Source of the DNA: an uncultured Anaerolineales bacterium
GTDB taxonomy: Bacteria > Chloroflexota > Anaerolineae > Anaerolineales > UBA11858
DNA: 64,000 bases
Assembly: GCA_964344175.1 (NCBI GenBank)
Contig: CAYFMI010000009.1
Span: 1,148 to 65,147 of the forward strand
Reading direction: 5' to 3'
The notes below the pieces were generated by a model. The model searched no databases, had not been told where the DNA came from, and worked only from the letters and a program-made list of their open reading frames with translations. Made by a program: the position numbers and the translations under genes. Each line of letters begins with the position of its first letter. The stretch's first letter is position 1. Of this stretch, positions 53,242-63,378 are shown in pieces.

Positions 53242-54831
53242 TTACAAATGCACCAACCGCGCCCGGTGGATTTCGGGTTCACGCTCCAACGCTAAACACA
53301 TTGGCTGTGGTATCCGTTCGTCGATATTAATGAAGGACACCGCCCGGCCGCCAGGGTGGTCGCGTCCGTAACGCCACTGGGCAACATTAATCTTTCCATG
53401 CCCAAGATGATCGCCCACTTTACCGATCACGCCGGGCACATCGTCGTTTTCCAGAATCAACACATAGCCCTCAGGGAAAGCATCCACTTCGAACTCATCA
53501 TATTGCACCAGCCGGGCTTCGCCATTGCCAAATAACACGCCAGCAACGGTGCGTTCGCCACCGTCCCAGTAGATTTTGCAGGCAATGATGTTGGGATAAT
53601 CGGCCAGCTTGACCAAACCTTTAACTTGAGCAGTGACAATGCCTTGTTCGTGCGCCAGCATGGGCGCAGAAACCCAGTTGACGGTGCGCCCCTCTACCGG
53701 GCGTAACAACCCTGTGAGCAGCACAGGCGCGACCGGGCGCACCAGGTCGCGCAGCCCCTCTCCCAACAGTTCAACTTCTATGCGCGTGATCCACCCCTCG
53801 GCCAGTTGTCCCTGCAATTTCCCCAGTTTCGAGGCCAGATGAATATAAGGCCTGACTGCATGGTAGGGCATATCCCCCGTAAACGGCAAATTAACGACAT
53901 GGCGATAATCTTCCCCGCGCAAAGCAGCCAGGGTATCTTGCGCAATTTGCATGGATGTTTGGCGCTGAGATTCAAGGGTGCTTTCACCCAGATGAGGCGT
54001 GAGAACAACTTTGGGGTGCTGTCGAAAGGGATTGTCGGATGGCAAGGGTTCATGGTCGAACGTATCCAGCGCGACACCTGCTAACAGTCCATCATCCAGG
54101 GCTGCTAGTAAGGCAGCCTCATCAAGCAGACCTGGATGAGTGCAGTTGATGAAATAGCTACCGGCTTTCATTTGCGCGAAGGCCTGACGATCCATAATTT
54201 TGTGCGTATGAGCGGAATGAGCGGTATGCAGACTAACAATGTCGGCGCGGGCCAACAATTCTGGAAAATTGACAATCTCCACACCTTGTTCGCGGGCGAA
54301 AGATAAATCGATATACGGATCGTAAACCAGGACATTCATATCGAATACTTGGGCACGTTGGGCCACGCTGCGCCCCAAGCGGCCAAAACCGACGATTCCA
54401 ATGGTTTTCCCTGCCAGGAGAAAACCCATCATTTCATGGCGCGGCCACTCACCGCGGCGCATGGCTGCGTCCCCGGCGGGGATGGCGCGCGCCAAAGCCA
54501 ACAACACCGCGAAGGTGTGTTCGGCAACGGCGGTGACATTGGTATCGGGTGCATTGATCACAAAAATACCGCGGCGCGTGGCGGCGTCCAGATCGACATT
54601 GTCGAGCCGCCCCCCGGCGCGGGCAATGACCTTCAGGCGCGGCGCGGCGGCGATCAATTCTTCATCTACATTTGTGCCAGAGCGAATCACAATCGCATCG
54701 ACGGCGGCAACGGCGGCAAGCAGCGCCTTTCTATTCGTCGGCGGGTCGCTGAGGGTGACATCTTCTGCCTGCTGTAATATATCCAGACCGGCAGCGCCAA
54801 GTTGATCGGTAATGAGTATATGGAAGGTCAT
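53242..54831 (-). CDS. serA: D-3-phosphoglycerate dehydrogenase, long form with ASB and ACT domains
   Basis: GIVGFGRLGRSVAQRA NAD loop, TPHLGEST, about 200 aa C-terminal extension ending in an ACT-like fold. Confidence 0.9.
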   Translation of the reverse strand: MTFHILITDQLGAAGLDILQQAEDVTLSDPPTNRKALLAAVAAVDAIVIRSGTNVDEELIAAAPRLKVIARAGGRLDNVDLDAATRRGIFVINAPDTNVTAVAEHTFAVLLALARAIPAGDAAMRRGEWPRHEMMGFLLAGKTIGIVGFGRLGRSVAQRAQVFDMNVLVYDPYIDLSFAREQGVEIVNFPELLARADIVSLHTAHSAHTHKIMDRQAFAQMKAGSYFINCTHPGLLDEAALLAALDDGLLAGVALDTFDHEPLPSDNPFRQHPKVVLTPHLGESTLESQRQTSMQIAQDTLAALRGEDYRHVVNLPFTGDMPYHAVRPYIHLASKLGKLQGQLAEGWITRIEVELLGEGLRDLVRPVAPVLLTGLLRPVEGRTVNWVSAPMLAHEQGIVTAQVKGLVKLADYPNIIACKIYWDGGERTVAGVLFGNGEARLVQYDEFEVDAFPEGYVLILENDDVPGVIGKVGDHLGHGKINVAQWRYGRDHPGGRAVSFINIDERIPQPMCLALEREPEIHRARLVHL

Positions 54832-54928
54832 ATAGTATTTCTACATTTTAGTTTGTTCTCACCACAAAGGCACAAAGAGAGAATAAAGAATAATCCCTTT
54901 GGGGTCTTCGGGTCTCTGTGCTGAGTTT

Positions 54929-55768
54929 TTATCGTTTCAACGCATGTAAAAACGCGGCGCGGGTTTCAGGATCTTTAAAGGTCACTTCATCGGCATAAAC
55001 CCGTTGCAAGCCGTCCGCCCAGAGCAACGCCGTCGCGGGAGTGTTGCCCAATTGCCCCAATGCCAGGGGCAGTATCGGTGCTAAGGTCAGCGTATGAATA
55101 TAAACTGGCGACTCATCGGCAATGCGCTGGCGGAAGGCGGCCCCGCCAAAGCCGACAAATAAATCAACATCCTCCTGCACTTCCATGTCCGAGAGACCAT
55201 CGCCAATCAGCAGTGCCCGTCCGGGATGCTCAGCACGGATGCGTGCAACGATCTGATTCTTGCCGCCCATCATTGTCAGGGGATTTGTTTCTACGGCCAT
55301 GTACTGGGCGCGGGAATTCCGACCGCCGGGTTGTTCCCAATAGCGCCACCATGTTCCAGAAAGTTGATCGTACTCCATCCCCACAGCAAAGATCTGTTCG
55401 CGCGGCACACCCAGCCAAATGCCGAAATCGCGCACTGGCTCGATCAACCCGCCACTGACAATGAAGACTTTCGTCCCCAGCAACTGCAAGGCGGCGATCA
55501 CGGCTTTGGCATCGGGGATGACGGTATCACGATAGAGCTGGGCGATATGCTGCACCTGCGCCTGGGTGGGGTTGGCCGTCACCAGGCGATGGCCGTAGAC
55601 CGCTTCCAGGGGTATATCGCCTTCCATGGCCCGCTTGGTCAACAGGGCCACGTCGTGCTCGTGACCGGTCATACGGGCAAGTTCGTCAATCCCCTCAATG
55701 CTGCTGAGGGTGCTGTCACAATCGAAGACAACGATGTTCGAGATAGGCCAGATAGGAGGAGGATTCAT
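54929..55768 (-). CDS. HAD-superfamily phosphoserine phosphatase-like hydrolase
   Basis: motif I VVFDCDSTLSSIEGIDELA, motif IV LIGDGLSD; start at MNPPP (the upstream track extension is repeat-encoded). Confidence 0.7.
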   Translation of the reverse strand: MNPPPIWPISNIVVFDCDSTLSSIEGIDELARMTGHEHDVALLTKRAMEGDIPLEAVYGHRLVTANPTQAQVQHIAQLYRDTVIPDAKAVIAALQLLGTKVFIVSGGLIEPVRDFGIWLGVPREQIFAVGMEYDQLSGTWWRYWEQPGGRNSRAQYMAVETNPLTMMGGKNQIVARIRAEHPGRALLIGDGLSDMEVQEDVDLFVGFGGAAFRQRIADESPVYIHTLTLAPILPLALGQLGNTPATALLWADGLQRVYADEVTFKDPETRAAFLHALKR

Positions 55769-55788
55769 AGAGAATGATACGTGATGAA

Positions 55789-55833
55789 TGCAAAATGATG
55801 AATGGGGATATATTCTGCACTCATCATTTTGCA
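55789..55833. repeat. hairpin TGCAAAATGATGA ... TCATCATTTTGCA with heptamer periodicity
   Basis: 13-bp perfect arms read directly. Confidence 0.65.
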
Positions 55834-55841
55834 TTTGCTCG

Positions 55842-58202
55842 TTAGGGTTTTAATATCAATATATGACTTGCTTCACAATTTACCTGCTCACGCGTCCATA
55901 GCATGGGGTGGTATTCCACGTTGAGCCAGGGTTCGGCCAGATCATCGTAGTACGGGCTGGCAAGCTGGCCGGATTGGCCGGGTGGGTGCATCGAGAGCGA
56001 TTTACTGAGGTCGCTCATATCCACAATTTGGCGGAAGGTGGGCGACCAAGCGCGGTTGTCGTAGGGGCTGCCGGGGGACATGGCCGTCTGGCAAGGGGTG
56101 TCGGTGTCGCCGCCGATAGGGAAGGGGCCGCGGTTGAAGACCTGATCGAGCGGTTTCTGCGCCCCAAGGGGGTGCTCAAAATTAACCTGATGGAAATTGC
56201 CCCAGGCCCAGCATCCTTCATCTTCGCCTAAATTTGCCCGCATCCAGCCCAGCGCTTCTTCCAGGCTGCGCGTCACCCAGCTTTCGTAACCACCTGCCTG
56301 CTGCACCCACCATGAGGCGGGGTTGGTGAGCATCCGCAGCAGCACCACCGTATCCTGGCCGAAAAACTCGTTAGCGTGCATCAACAGTGGGTGGAAGCCT
56401 TCGCCCATCAGACGTTTGGTCAGTTCACCGCCCAGGCTGGGAACGAACAGATTGCGCACCAGCGTGTAACGCAGCACTTCGTAGACCGCGCCGCCGACAC
56501 TCTCTGGGTTAAGAATCCCATCCCATGCAGAGAGCAACTGGAGGGCACGCGCCGCCGGGCCGCCTTCGGGAGTCGGAAAATCTTTGAGTAAAGTTTGCAA
56601 TTCAATACCGGGAAGACAGGTGAAATCTTTGTGGAAGCGGGCATGATCCTGCAATGTAAGTTGGTCTTGCTCCTCAATAAGATCGGCCAAGCGCCGGGCG
56701 CGGTATCCATTCATCCAGACATTTCCCAGGAAGTGAGGGTAGTCATCGGGGACGATTTTGTGGTTGCAGGTGACAAGATAGCCCTGTGCGGGGTTGAGGG
56801 CGTGAGGCATTTCTTCGAAGGGCACTTCACCCACCCACTCGTATTCGCCCGTCCAGCCCGGTGCGGGGGTGCTACCATTGCCTTTGGCACGCACCGGCAC
56901 GCTCCCGCTGACCCAGTACCCAATATTATGGTCAACATCAGCATAGGCCACGTTAAGCTGCGGCGCTTCGATGCAGCGCATGGCGGCCACAAAATCATCC
57001 CAGCCGCGGGCAGCATTGAGGCGCAGCCAGCCTTCCAGCGCCGGAACCGGCTGCAAAGCCATGGAGTGCACGGCGACTTTTTGAGCCGGATAGCCAACCA
57101 CATCCGAGATGATCGGTCCGTGGCGGGTGACAATGACACGCTCCATGTGGGCTTCTTTACGCCCTTTTACGCGGATCGGCTCTTCAATAATTTCGGCAGC
57201 GTGCCACGCATCTTTGTAGAGATAGCGGTTTTGGGCGTCAAGCTGCTCGATGAACAGGTCTTCGGCATCGGTGTAGGCCAGGGTCATACCCCAGGCAATG
57301 CGGTCGTTGTGGCCGACCAAAACCATCGGCACACCCGGCAGGCTCACCCCGGTGACATGCAGATCGGGGGCATTGAGATGGACTTCGTACCACAGCGAAG
57401 GCATACTAACCGCAAGGTGCATGTCGTTACTCAGCACCGCCCCACCCGTGGCACTGCGGTGGGGTGTGACCACCCAGGCATTGCTCCCCTTGCCACGGTC
57501 GAGGAAGGGGCCGGGAATTTTGCGCAACAGGCTGTCAGGATCAAGGGCGTTGAACTCGATGCCCTGCGGCAAAGTAGTCGGATTGCCTGCCGGGTAGTGA
57601 ATCTCCAACTCGGCGGCGTGTTTCAGGCCTACTTTATCGACAATCTCAGCGCGCAAGATTTCGCCTTGCCAGGCATGGGAAAGCTGCCAGATCATCACGC
57701 GGGAAAAATGGGCGCTCTCCTCGGGCTGCCAGGGAGCCGGCTTATGGCCTAATAAGGTGAATTCCACCGGTAATTTTGTGTTGGGATGGGTGATGCAGGC
57801 ATTGACCCCGGCGGCATAAGCCGTGAGCGCATCGCGGACTTCGGGCGCGGCGCGCTCAAAATCTATGCGCCCCAGGCGGTTGAAACCAAAAGTGCGGATA
57901 GCGCGGTCGGTGTCCAAAGCGATTTCACCAAAAACTTCACTGAGCGTACCCTGCGCCGTGCGGCGGTTGAGATCCATTTGAAAGAGCCGATCCTGGGCGT
58001 GGACAAAACCCTGCGCAAAAAACAAATCGGCACGGTTTTGGGCATAAATATGGGGGATGCCCCAGCGGTCGCGGAGGATCTCGACAGGCGCACTCAGGCC
58101 ATTAAGAGTGATCGTCCCTTCGATTTGCGGTAAGCGGGCGCGGCTGATCGGCGTGAGAATTGAACGGGCTAACGATCCAAGGAATGTTCTTTTTGCAGGC
58201 AT
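55842..58202 (-). CDS. penicillin acylase family (S45) Ntn-hydrolase
   Basis: GKGSNAWVV (nucleophile Ser after autoprocessing), family-sized alpha and beta parts; start at MPAKRTF. Confidence 0.85.
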   Translation of the reverse strand: MPAKRTFLGSLARSILTPISRARLPQIEGTITLNGLSAPVEILRDRWGIPHIYAQNRADLFFAQGFVHAQDRLFQMDLNRRTAQGTLSEVFGEIALDTDRAIRTFGFNRLGRIDFERAAPEVRDALTAYAAGVNACITHPNTKLPVEFTLLGHKPAPWQPEESAHFSRVMIWQLSHAWQGEILRAEIVDKVGLKHAAELEIHYPAGNPTTLPQGIEFNALDPDSLLRKIPGPFLDRGKGSNAWVVTPHRSATGGAVLSNDMHLAVSMPSLWYEVHLNAPDLHVTGVSLPGVPMVLVGHNDRIAWGMTLAYTDAEDLFIEQLDAQNRYLYKDAWHAAEIIEEPIRVKGRKEAHMERVIVTRHGPIISDVVGYPAQKVAVHSMALQPVPALEGWLRLNAARGWDDFVAAMRCIEAPQLNVAYADVDHNIGYWVSGSVPVRAKGNGSTPAPGWTGEYEWVGEVPFEEMPHALNPAQGYLVTCNHKIVPDDYPHFLGNVWMNGYRARRLADLIEEQDQLTLQDHARFHKDFTCLPGIELQTLLKDFPTPEGGPAARALQLLSAWDGILNPESVGGAVYEVLRYTLVRNLFVPSLGGELTKRLMGEGFHPLLMHANEFFGQDTVVLLRMLTNPASWWVQQAGGYESWVTRSLEEALGWMRANLGEDEGCWAWGNFHQVNFEHPLGAQKPLDQVFNRGPFPIGGDTDTPCQTAMSPGSPYDNRAWSPTFRQIVDMSDLSKSLSMHPPGQSGQLASPYYDDLAEPWLNVEYHPMLWTREQVNCEASHILILKP

Positions 58203-58275
58203 GGCAACTCCAGGTAAATGCAGAACACTTATCCCTGCGGTAAAAGTGCAGGCGTGCAAAAGGATAAATGATGAA

Positions 58276-58310
58276 CATTCTGCATTCTGAATTCCACATT
58301 CATCATTCTG
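58276..58310. repeat. tandem heptamers CATTCTG CATTCTG AATTCCA CATTCAT CATTCTG
   Basis: period-7 units counted directly; flanked by AATGATGAA / TTCATCATT arms. Confidence 0.7.
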
Positions 58311-58412
58311 TGTTTGTCTCTGCAATTGTAACCGAATTACGCGTATCCTTTAGGGTTGGGTATAATTACCCCTGTTCCCTTATCACTATATTTCCTACTT
58401 GCTGAGGTTACC

Positions 58413-59948
58413 ATGTCTAACCCCCTTATCGAATGTGTTACCAACTTCTCTGAAGGTCGCCGCCCGGAGGTGATCCAGGCCATTTCTGAGACGATTGCCG
58501 CTGTGAATGGCGTCTACGTACTTGACCATCATATGGATCACGATCATAACCGCACCGTGATTACCTACGTAGGTTCGCCCGCCGGTGTAGAAGAAGCCGC
58601 TTTCCGCAGCATTGCAAAAGCCGCCGAGTTAATCAACCTCGACACGCACGAAGGCGCACATCCTCGCATTGGGGCCACCGATGTGGTGCCCTTCATTCCC
58701 ATCTCCGGCGTGAGCATGGCAGATTGTGTGGAAATCGCTCAACGAGTAGGAAAACGCGTTGGCGATGAACTTAACATCCCAGTATACCTCTACGAGGAGG
58801 CCGCCCAGCGCTCCGACCGCGTCCGGCTGGAAGTGATCCGCAAAGGCGAATACGAAGGGCTGAAAACCAGCATTGCCACAGACCTCTTCCGTGAACCCGA
58901 TTTTGGGCCAAAAGAACTTGGCCCCGCCGGAGCAACGGTCATTGGGGCGCGCGAGTTCTTAATTGCCTACAACGTCTACCTGACTACGGACGATATCGAC
59001 ATTGCCAAGAAAATCGCCAAGAGTGTCCGCCATTCATCCGGCGGGCTGCGCTATGTCAAAGGGCTGGGCCTGCTGGTGGACGGCATGGCCCAGGTCTCGA
59101 TGAACCTGACCAACTTCCGCAAAACGCCCATTGCCCTGGTGGTCGAGACCATCCGGCGCCAGGCGCAACGCTACGGTGTAGGCATCCGCCACAGCGAGTT
59201 GGTCGGCCTGATTCCGCAAGATGCGCTGGTAGATGCGGCGGTGTGGTATACGCAGATGGATCAGTTCGAGCCGGAGCAAGTTTTGGAGAAGAAGCTCTAT
59301 GCAGCGATGGATGAGGCGGGACGTCAAGACGTCGGAACGTCGCGCGATTTTGTTGACGCACTTGCCGAAGGGAAACCTACCCCCGGGGGCGGCTCCGCCG
59401 CAGCCTACGCCGCCGCGATGGGGGCCGGGCTGGTCTCGATGGTGGCGCGCCTGACCCTGGGCAAGAAGAAATACACCGAGGTGGAATCGCAGATGCAGGC
59501 CATCCTCGACGAATCCGAGAGCCTGCGCGCCGAGCTGACCGCCGCCGTCGAGCGCGATGCAGCCGCCTTCGATGGCATTATGGCAGCCTTCAAACTCGCC
59601 AAAGATGACCCTAACCGGGGGCAAGCCATTCAAGATGCCACCCTGCACGCCGCCCAGGTTCCGCTGGAAGTAGCGGGTAAATCCCTGCAGGTGATGGAAT
59701 TAGCGCTTGAAGCCGTGCGTATCGGCAACCTTAACGCCATCACCGATGCCGGCACCGGCGCGGCCCTGGCGCAAGCCGCCCTGAGCGGCGCGGGGTATAA
59801 CGTGTGCATCAACATCTTGGGGCTGAAAGATAAAGACACCGCCAACAACCTGGTCAACGAAGTGCAAGCCATTAAAGCCAAAGCGGAAAAATTACACGCG
59901 CAAGTCCGCCGGCAGCTTATCGAGCGCGGGGGACTGGCGTTAGCGTGA
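58413..59948 (+). CDS. ftcD: bifunctional glutamate formimidoyltransferase / formimidoyltetrahydrofolate cyclodeaminase
   Basis: N-terminal ECVTNFSEGR and HPRIGATDV, C-terminal helical cyclodeaminase part with GGGSAAAY. Confidence 0.85.
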   Translation: MSNPLIECVTNFSEGRRPEVIQAISETIAAVNGVYVLDHHMDHDHNRTVITYVGSPAGVEEAAFRSIAKAAELINLDTHEGAHPRIGATDVVPFIPISGVSMADCVEIAQRVGKRVGDELNIPVYLYEEAAQRSDRVRLEVIRKGEYEGLKTSIATDLFREPDFGPKELGPAGATVIGAREFLIAYNVYLTTDDIDIAKKIAKSVRHSSGGLRYVKGLGLLVDGMAQVSMNLTNFRKTPIALVVETIRRQAQRYGVGIRHSELVGLIPQDALVDAAVWYTQMDQFEPEQVLEKKLYAAMDEAGRQDVGTSRDFVDALAEGKPTPGGGSAAAYAAAMGAGLVSMVARLTLGKKKYTEVESQMQAILDESESLRAELTAAVERDAAAFDGIMAAFKLAKDDPNRGQAIQDATLHAAQVPLEVAGKSLQVMELALEAVRIGNLNAITDAGTGAALAQAALSGAGYNVCINILGLKDKDTANNLVNEVQAIKAKAEKLHAQVRRQLIERGGLALA

Positions 59949-60991
59949 ATTTCCAGTTTAAGGTTACAGGTTGCAGGTTGCAGGTTTGGCTCTTGTTTTT
60001 TGTAGCCGTTGGACTATTAGCTATGTCATCTGCTTGCGCACCAAATGACGTCGAACGTCTGACGTCTGAAGTCACGACGCCTGCCACTGCCACCCAACCT
60101 GCAACCCTTACTCCCGCCCCCTTGCCAAGTGCGACCGTTACCGAACTTCCAGCCCCCGCCCTCCTGCCCTGCACCGAAGAAGTTTGCGTAAAAATGGGGC
60201 ATTTTATTTTCGAGCGCCCCATTGCTGCGAATCTCGTTGATATTGTGGACCCCACCTATCGATACGGCAACACAGCCTATGGTGAACGAAAAACGCATCA
60301 CGGGGTGGAATTCGTCAATCCTCAGGGGACACCCGTCCGAGCCGCTGCCGATGGAACTGTCATTGTCGCCGGGACCGATTACCAACAACCCTACGCCGAC
60401 TTCCCCGCCTTTTACGGCAACCTGGTCATCATCGAACACCACTTCTCCGATCCCCAATTGACAGATTATCAACTACCCATATATACGCTTTATGGGCATC
60501 TCTCAGAAGTACATGCTGAGGTTGGGCAAAGCGTGCAAGCCGGCGACACCATTGGGCTGGTGGGGTTCACTGGTGCGGCCATCGGCGAACATCTGCACTT
60601 CGAAATCCGCCAGGGCGAGAACAGCTACCGAACAACCCGCAACCCCGAACTCTGGCTGCAACCCCATCGCGACCAGAACAACCAACCCACCGGGGCCATT
60701 GCCGGGCACGCCCTCGACGAATATGGCGGCTTCATCTACCTGCCTTCGGTAACCATAGAGCAGCTCGACCCGGCGGGCGGCGACCCGCTGGCGGTCTACT
60801 ACATCGAAGGGTATGCCGATTGGACGGTCAACGGGGACGACATTTGGAATGAAAACTTCGCGCTTGGCAACATTCCCGCCGGGCAGTATCGCGTCAGCTT
60901 TGTGGCGCGCGGACTGCAAAGCTACATCATCGACGTTTTCCCCGATATGGTGACGGTGATTAGCTTCGATGCGCGGCAGTCAGGCGATTAA
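59945..60991 (+). CDS. M23 family metallopeptidase (LytM-type), secreted or lipoprotein
   Basis: HHGVEF, GTPVRAAADGTV, GEHLHFEIR; signal peptide WLLFFVAVGLLAMSSAC; GTGA overlap with ftcD stop. Confidence 0.8.
   Translation: MNFQFKVTGCRLQVWLLFFVAVGLLAMSSACAPNDVERLTSEVTTPATATQPATLTPAPLPSATVTELPAPALLPCTEEVCVKMGHFIFERPIAANLVDIVDPTYRYGNTAYGERKTHHGVEFVNPQGTPVRAAADGTVIVAGTDYQQPYADFPAFYGNLVIIEHHFSDPQLTDYQLPIYTLYGHLSEVHAEVGQSVQAGDTIGLVGFTGAAIGEHLHFEIRQGENSYRTTRNPELWLQPHRDQNNQPTGAIAGHALDEYGGFIYLPSVTIEQLDPAGGDPLAVYYIEGYADWTVNGDDIWNENFALGNIPAGQYRVSFVARGLQSYIIDVFPDMVTVISFDARQSGD
59960..59987. repeat. tandem heptamers AAGGTTA CAGGTTG CAGGTTG CAGGTTT inside the 5' end of the M23 peptidase ORF
   Basis: counted directly; translate to KVTGCRLQV. 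Confidence 0.8.
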
Positions 60992-61016
60992 GTATCAGGC
61001 GTCAGGAAATCAGGGA

Positions 61017-62687
61017 ATGGGTAGACGAAAAAATTTCGCGCTGTTTATCATCGTCATCTTAGCAGGCTGTACACGGACATACCAAAGTTCACCTGATACC
61101 TTCTTACCTGATACCTACGCCCCATCTCCCACCCCCTTCCAACCTATACGCTGGACGCCGACATTCGCGCCTCCAACGCCTACCCTGCCCCCTACGGCCA
61201 CCCCCAGTCCAACGCTCTCCCCCTACAGCATTGCAATTGCCGATACCATCCCCCAAAGCTTTATCGCGACGCTGACTCTGCCCCCAGAGTGGGGTCTCAC
61301 CGACCAGTCTGCTGCGGCAGGGCTGCAACTCAGCATAAGCGATGAAAACCCGGTCAGTCATTGGGTTTATGCGTTGGCAGCCTCCTTCCCAACCGTTGTG
61401 GATGACGTCTCGGCGGGGGAATTACATGCCGCCTGGAAAGGCGCGACAGACTCGCTCTGGGGTGGCGCGCCGTTAATGATGGCAGAACCCACGCTGAGGG
61501 CTATTGCAGCCTATTGGGGCGAACCCGCCCCAGGCGCGGTACAGATCATCCCTGCCGGGGAGTTGGCCGATCAAGCCTGGGCGGCGCGTCCCTCCTGGGC
61601 GATTATCCCCTTTGAAGAATTGAATCCCCGTTGGAAAGTCCTCGCCATTGACGGCATCTCCCCCCTGCACAAAGATTTCAACCTAACCAGTTATGAACTC
61701 ACCATCCCGATCTCGCTGCGAGGTGGTACACCGCCAGAAGGGCTTGTCATTCCGGAGTCGAATCGCGACCCAAACAAACTGACCGTCGTCGCCATGACCG
61801 GGGTAACCGCGCTGGTGCGGGCAACAGCCTTTGCAATGGAACAGCAGGGGATCAGCTACCCAGGGCTGGATGTGGCCGCCTGGCTGCGGGAAGCCGACAT
61901 CACCCACATCAGCAACGAAGTGCCCTTCGCCGAGGACTGCCCTTACCCCAACCCGGTGCAGGAAGGCATGCGCTTTTGCAGCCGTGACAAATATATCGGC
62001 CTGCTGGAGGATGTCGGCACGGATGTGGTTGAACTGACCGGCGATCATTTCAGCGACTGGGGCGGCCAGGCCATGCTGCACACGCTAGAACTCTACGCCG
62101 AGCGCGGCTGGGCAGTATACGGCGGCGGGGCAAATTTACAGGAGGGGCGGCGCGGCGCACTCATTGAGCATAACGGCAACCGCCTGGCCTTCATTGGCTG
62201 CAATGCCAAAGGCGGCGGTTATGCCCAGGCCAGCGCATCGAACCCCGGGGCAGTGGCCTGCGATTTCGACTGGCTGACAGCAGAGATTGCCCGCCTGCGG
62301 GCCGAGGGCTACTTGACAATTGCCACCTTCCAGCACTTTGAGTATTACACCTACACCGCTCAGCCTAATCAGATTGCCGACGCCCGACGTCTGACCGAGG
62401 CCGGGGCGGTAATTGTCAGTGGCAGCCAGGCGCACCACCCGCAAGCCTTTGAATTCTCACATGGCGGCTTCGTCCATCATGGGTTAGGGAATCTCTTCTT
62501 CGATCAGTTTGCCGTCAGCTACGCCACCCGGCAAGGGTTCATCGACCGGCATATCTTTTACAACGGTCAGCACATCAGCACCGAACTGCTGACCATCTTA
62601 TTTATCGATTATGCCCGCCCGCGCCCAATGACTGCCGAAGAGCGCACCGAGTTGTTGAACGCCGCCTTCCAGGCCAGCGGGTGGTGA
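61017..62687 (+). CDS. CapA/PGA_cap family metallophosphatase-like lipoprotein
   Basis: lipobox ILAGC, Pro/Thr-rich linker, TGDHFSDWG, GGGANLQE, GSQAHHPQ, HGLGNLFFDQ. Confidence 0.75.
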   Translation: MGRRKNFALFIIVILAGCTRTYQSSPDTFLPDTYAPSPTPFQPIRWTPTFAPPTPTLPPTATPSPTLSPYSIAIADTIPQSFIATLTLPPEWGLTDQSAAAGLQLSISDENPVSHWVYALAASFPTVVDDVSAGELHAAWKGATDSLWGGAPLMMAEPTLRAIAAYWGEPAPGAVQIIPAGELADQAWAARPSWAIIPFEELNPRWKVLAIDGISPLHKDFNLTSYELTIPISLRGGTPPEGLVIPESNRDPNKLTVVAMTGVTALVRATAFAMEQQGISYPGLDVAAWLREADITHISNEVPFAEDCPYPNPVQEGMRFCSRDKYIGLLEDVGTDVVELTGDHFSDWGGQAMLHTLELYAERGWAVYGGGANLQEGRRGALIEHNGNRLAFIGCNAKGGGYAQASASNPGAVACDFDWLTAEIARLRAEGYLTIATFQHFEYYTYTAQPNQIADARRLTEAGAVIVSGSQAHHPQAFEFSHGGFVHHGLGNLFFDQFAVSYATRQGFIDRHIFYNGQHISTELLTILFIDYARPRPMTAEERTELLNAAFQASGW

Positions 62688-62736
62688 GGGGAGAAGGTAA
62701 GCAGGCACACAGAGTAAACAGGTATCAGGGTTATCC

Positions 62737-62764
62737 TTGACGAAGTCACTCATACTTGTATACT
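62737..62764 (+). promoter_or_regulatory. candidate dcd promoter TTGACG-N16-TATACT
   Basis: hexamers and spacing counted directly. Confidence 0.4.
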
Positions 62765-62816
62765 TATCTACCTATATACCTGCATACACCACCCCAAAAC
62801 CCGAAAGGACAACCTT

Positions 62817-63371
62817 ATGGGACTGAAACCCGACCACTGGATCCGCAGAATGGCACTCGAAGAGCGCATGATCGAACCCTTCGAACCGGGACAAGTACGC
62901 AACGGTGTGATTTCGTATGGCGTATCTTCATATGGTTACGACATCCGCGTCGCCGATGAGTATAAAATCTTCACCAACGTGCATTCGGCGATCGTAGACC
63001 CTAAACACTTCGACCCTAAATCAATGGTAGATTTCAAAGGTGAGGTCTGCATCATTCCGCCCAACTCGTTTGTATTGGCCCGGACGATGGAGTATTTCCG
63101 CATTCCGCGCGGCGTGCTGACCGTATGCCTGGGGAAAAGCACTTATGCCCGCTGCGGCCTGATTGTCAACGTAACTCCTTTTGAGCCGGAGTGGGAGGGC
63201 TACGTCACCCTGGAGATTTCGAACACGACCCCGCTGCCCGCTAAGATCTATTCTAACGAGGGCATTGCCCAGGTATTATTCTTCGAGGCCGATGAAGAGT
63301 GTGAAATCTCTTACGCCGATAAAAAGGGCAAGTATCAACACCAACAAGCCATTGAATTACCGAAATTATAA
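62817..63371 (+). CDS. dcd: dCTP deaminase
   Basis: [32 protein letters not shown] motifs; 184 aa. Confidence 0.9.
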   Translation: MGLKPDHWIRRMALEERMIEPFEPGQVRNGVISYGVSSYGYDIRVADEYKIFTNVHSAIVDPKHFDPKSMVDFKGEVCIIPPNSFVLARTMEYFRIPRGVLTVCLGKSTYARCGLIVNVTPFEPEWEGYVTLEISNTTPLPAKIYSNEGIAQVLFFEADEECEISYADKKGKYQHQQAIELPKL

Positions 63372-63378
63372 TATCGCC

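Noticed and set aside
56595-57752. 385-aa plus-strand ORF, and many other long antisense ORFs (e.g. 36992-37621, 28325-28915, 6983-7498, 59034-59648, 55226-55777)
   Set aside because: Each lies fully inside a gene on the other strand that has strong family motifs (penicillin acylase, gyrA, MacB permease, P-type ATPase, ftcD, the serB-like gene). None has recognisable motifs, and all are Arg/Gly/Ala/His-rich in the way expected for shadow ORFs.
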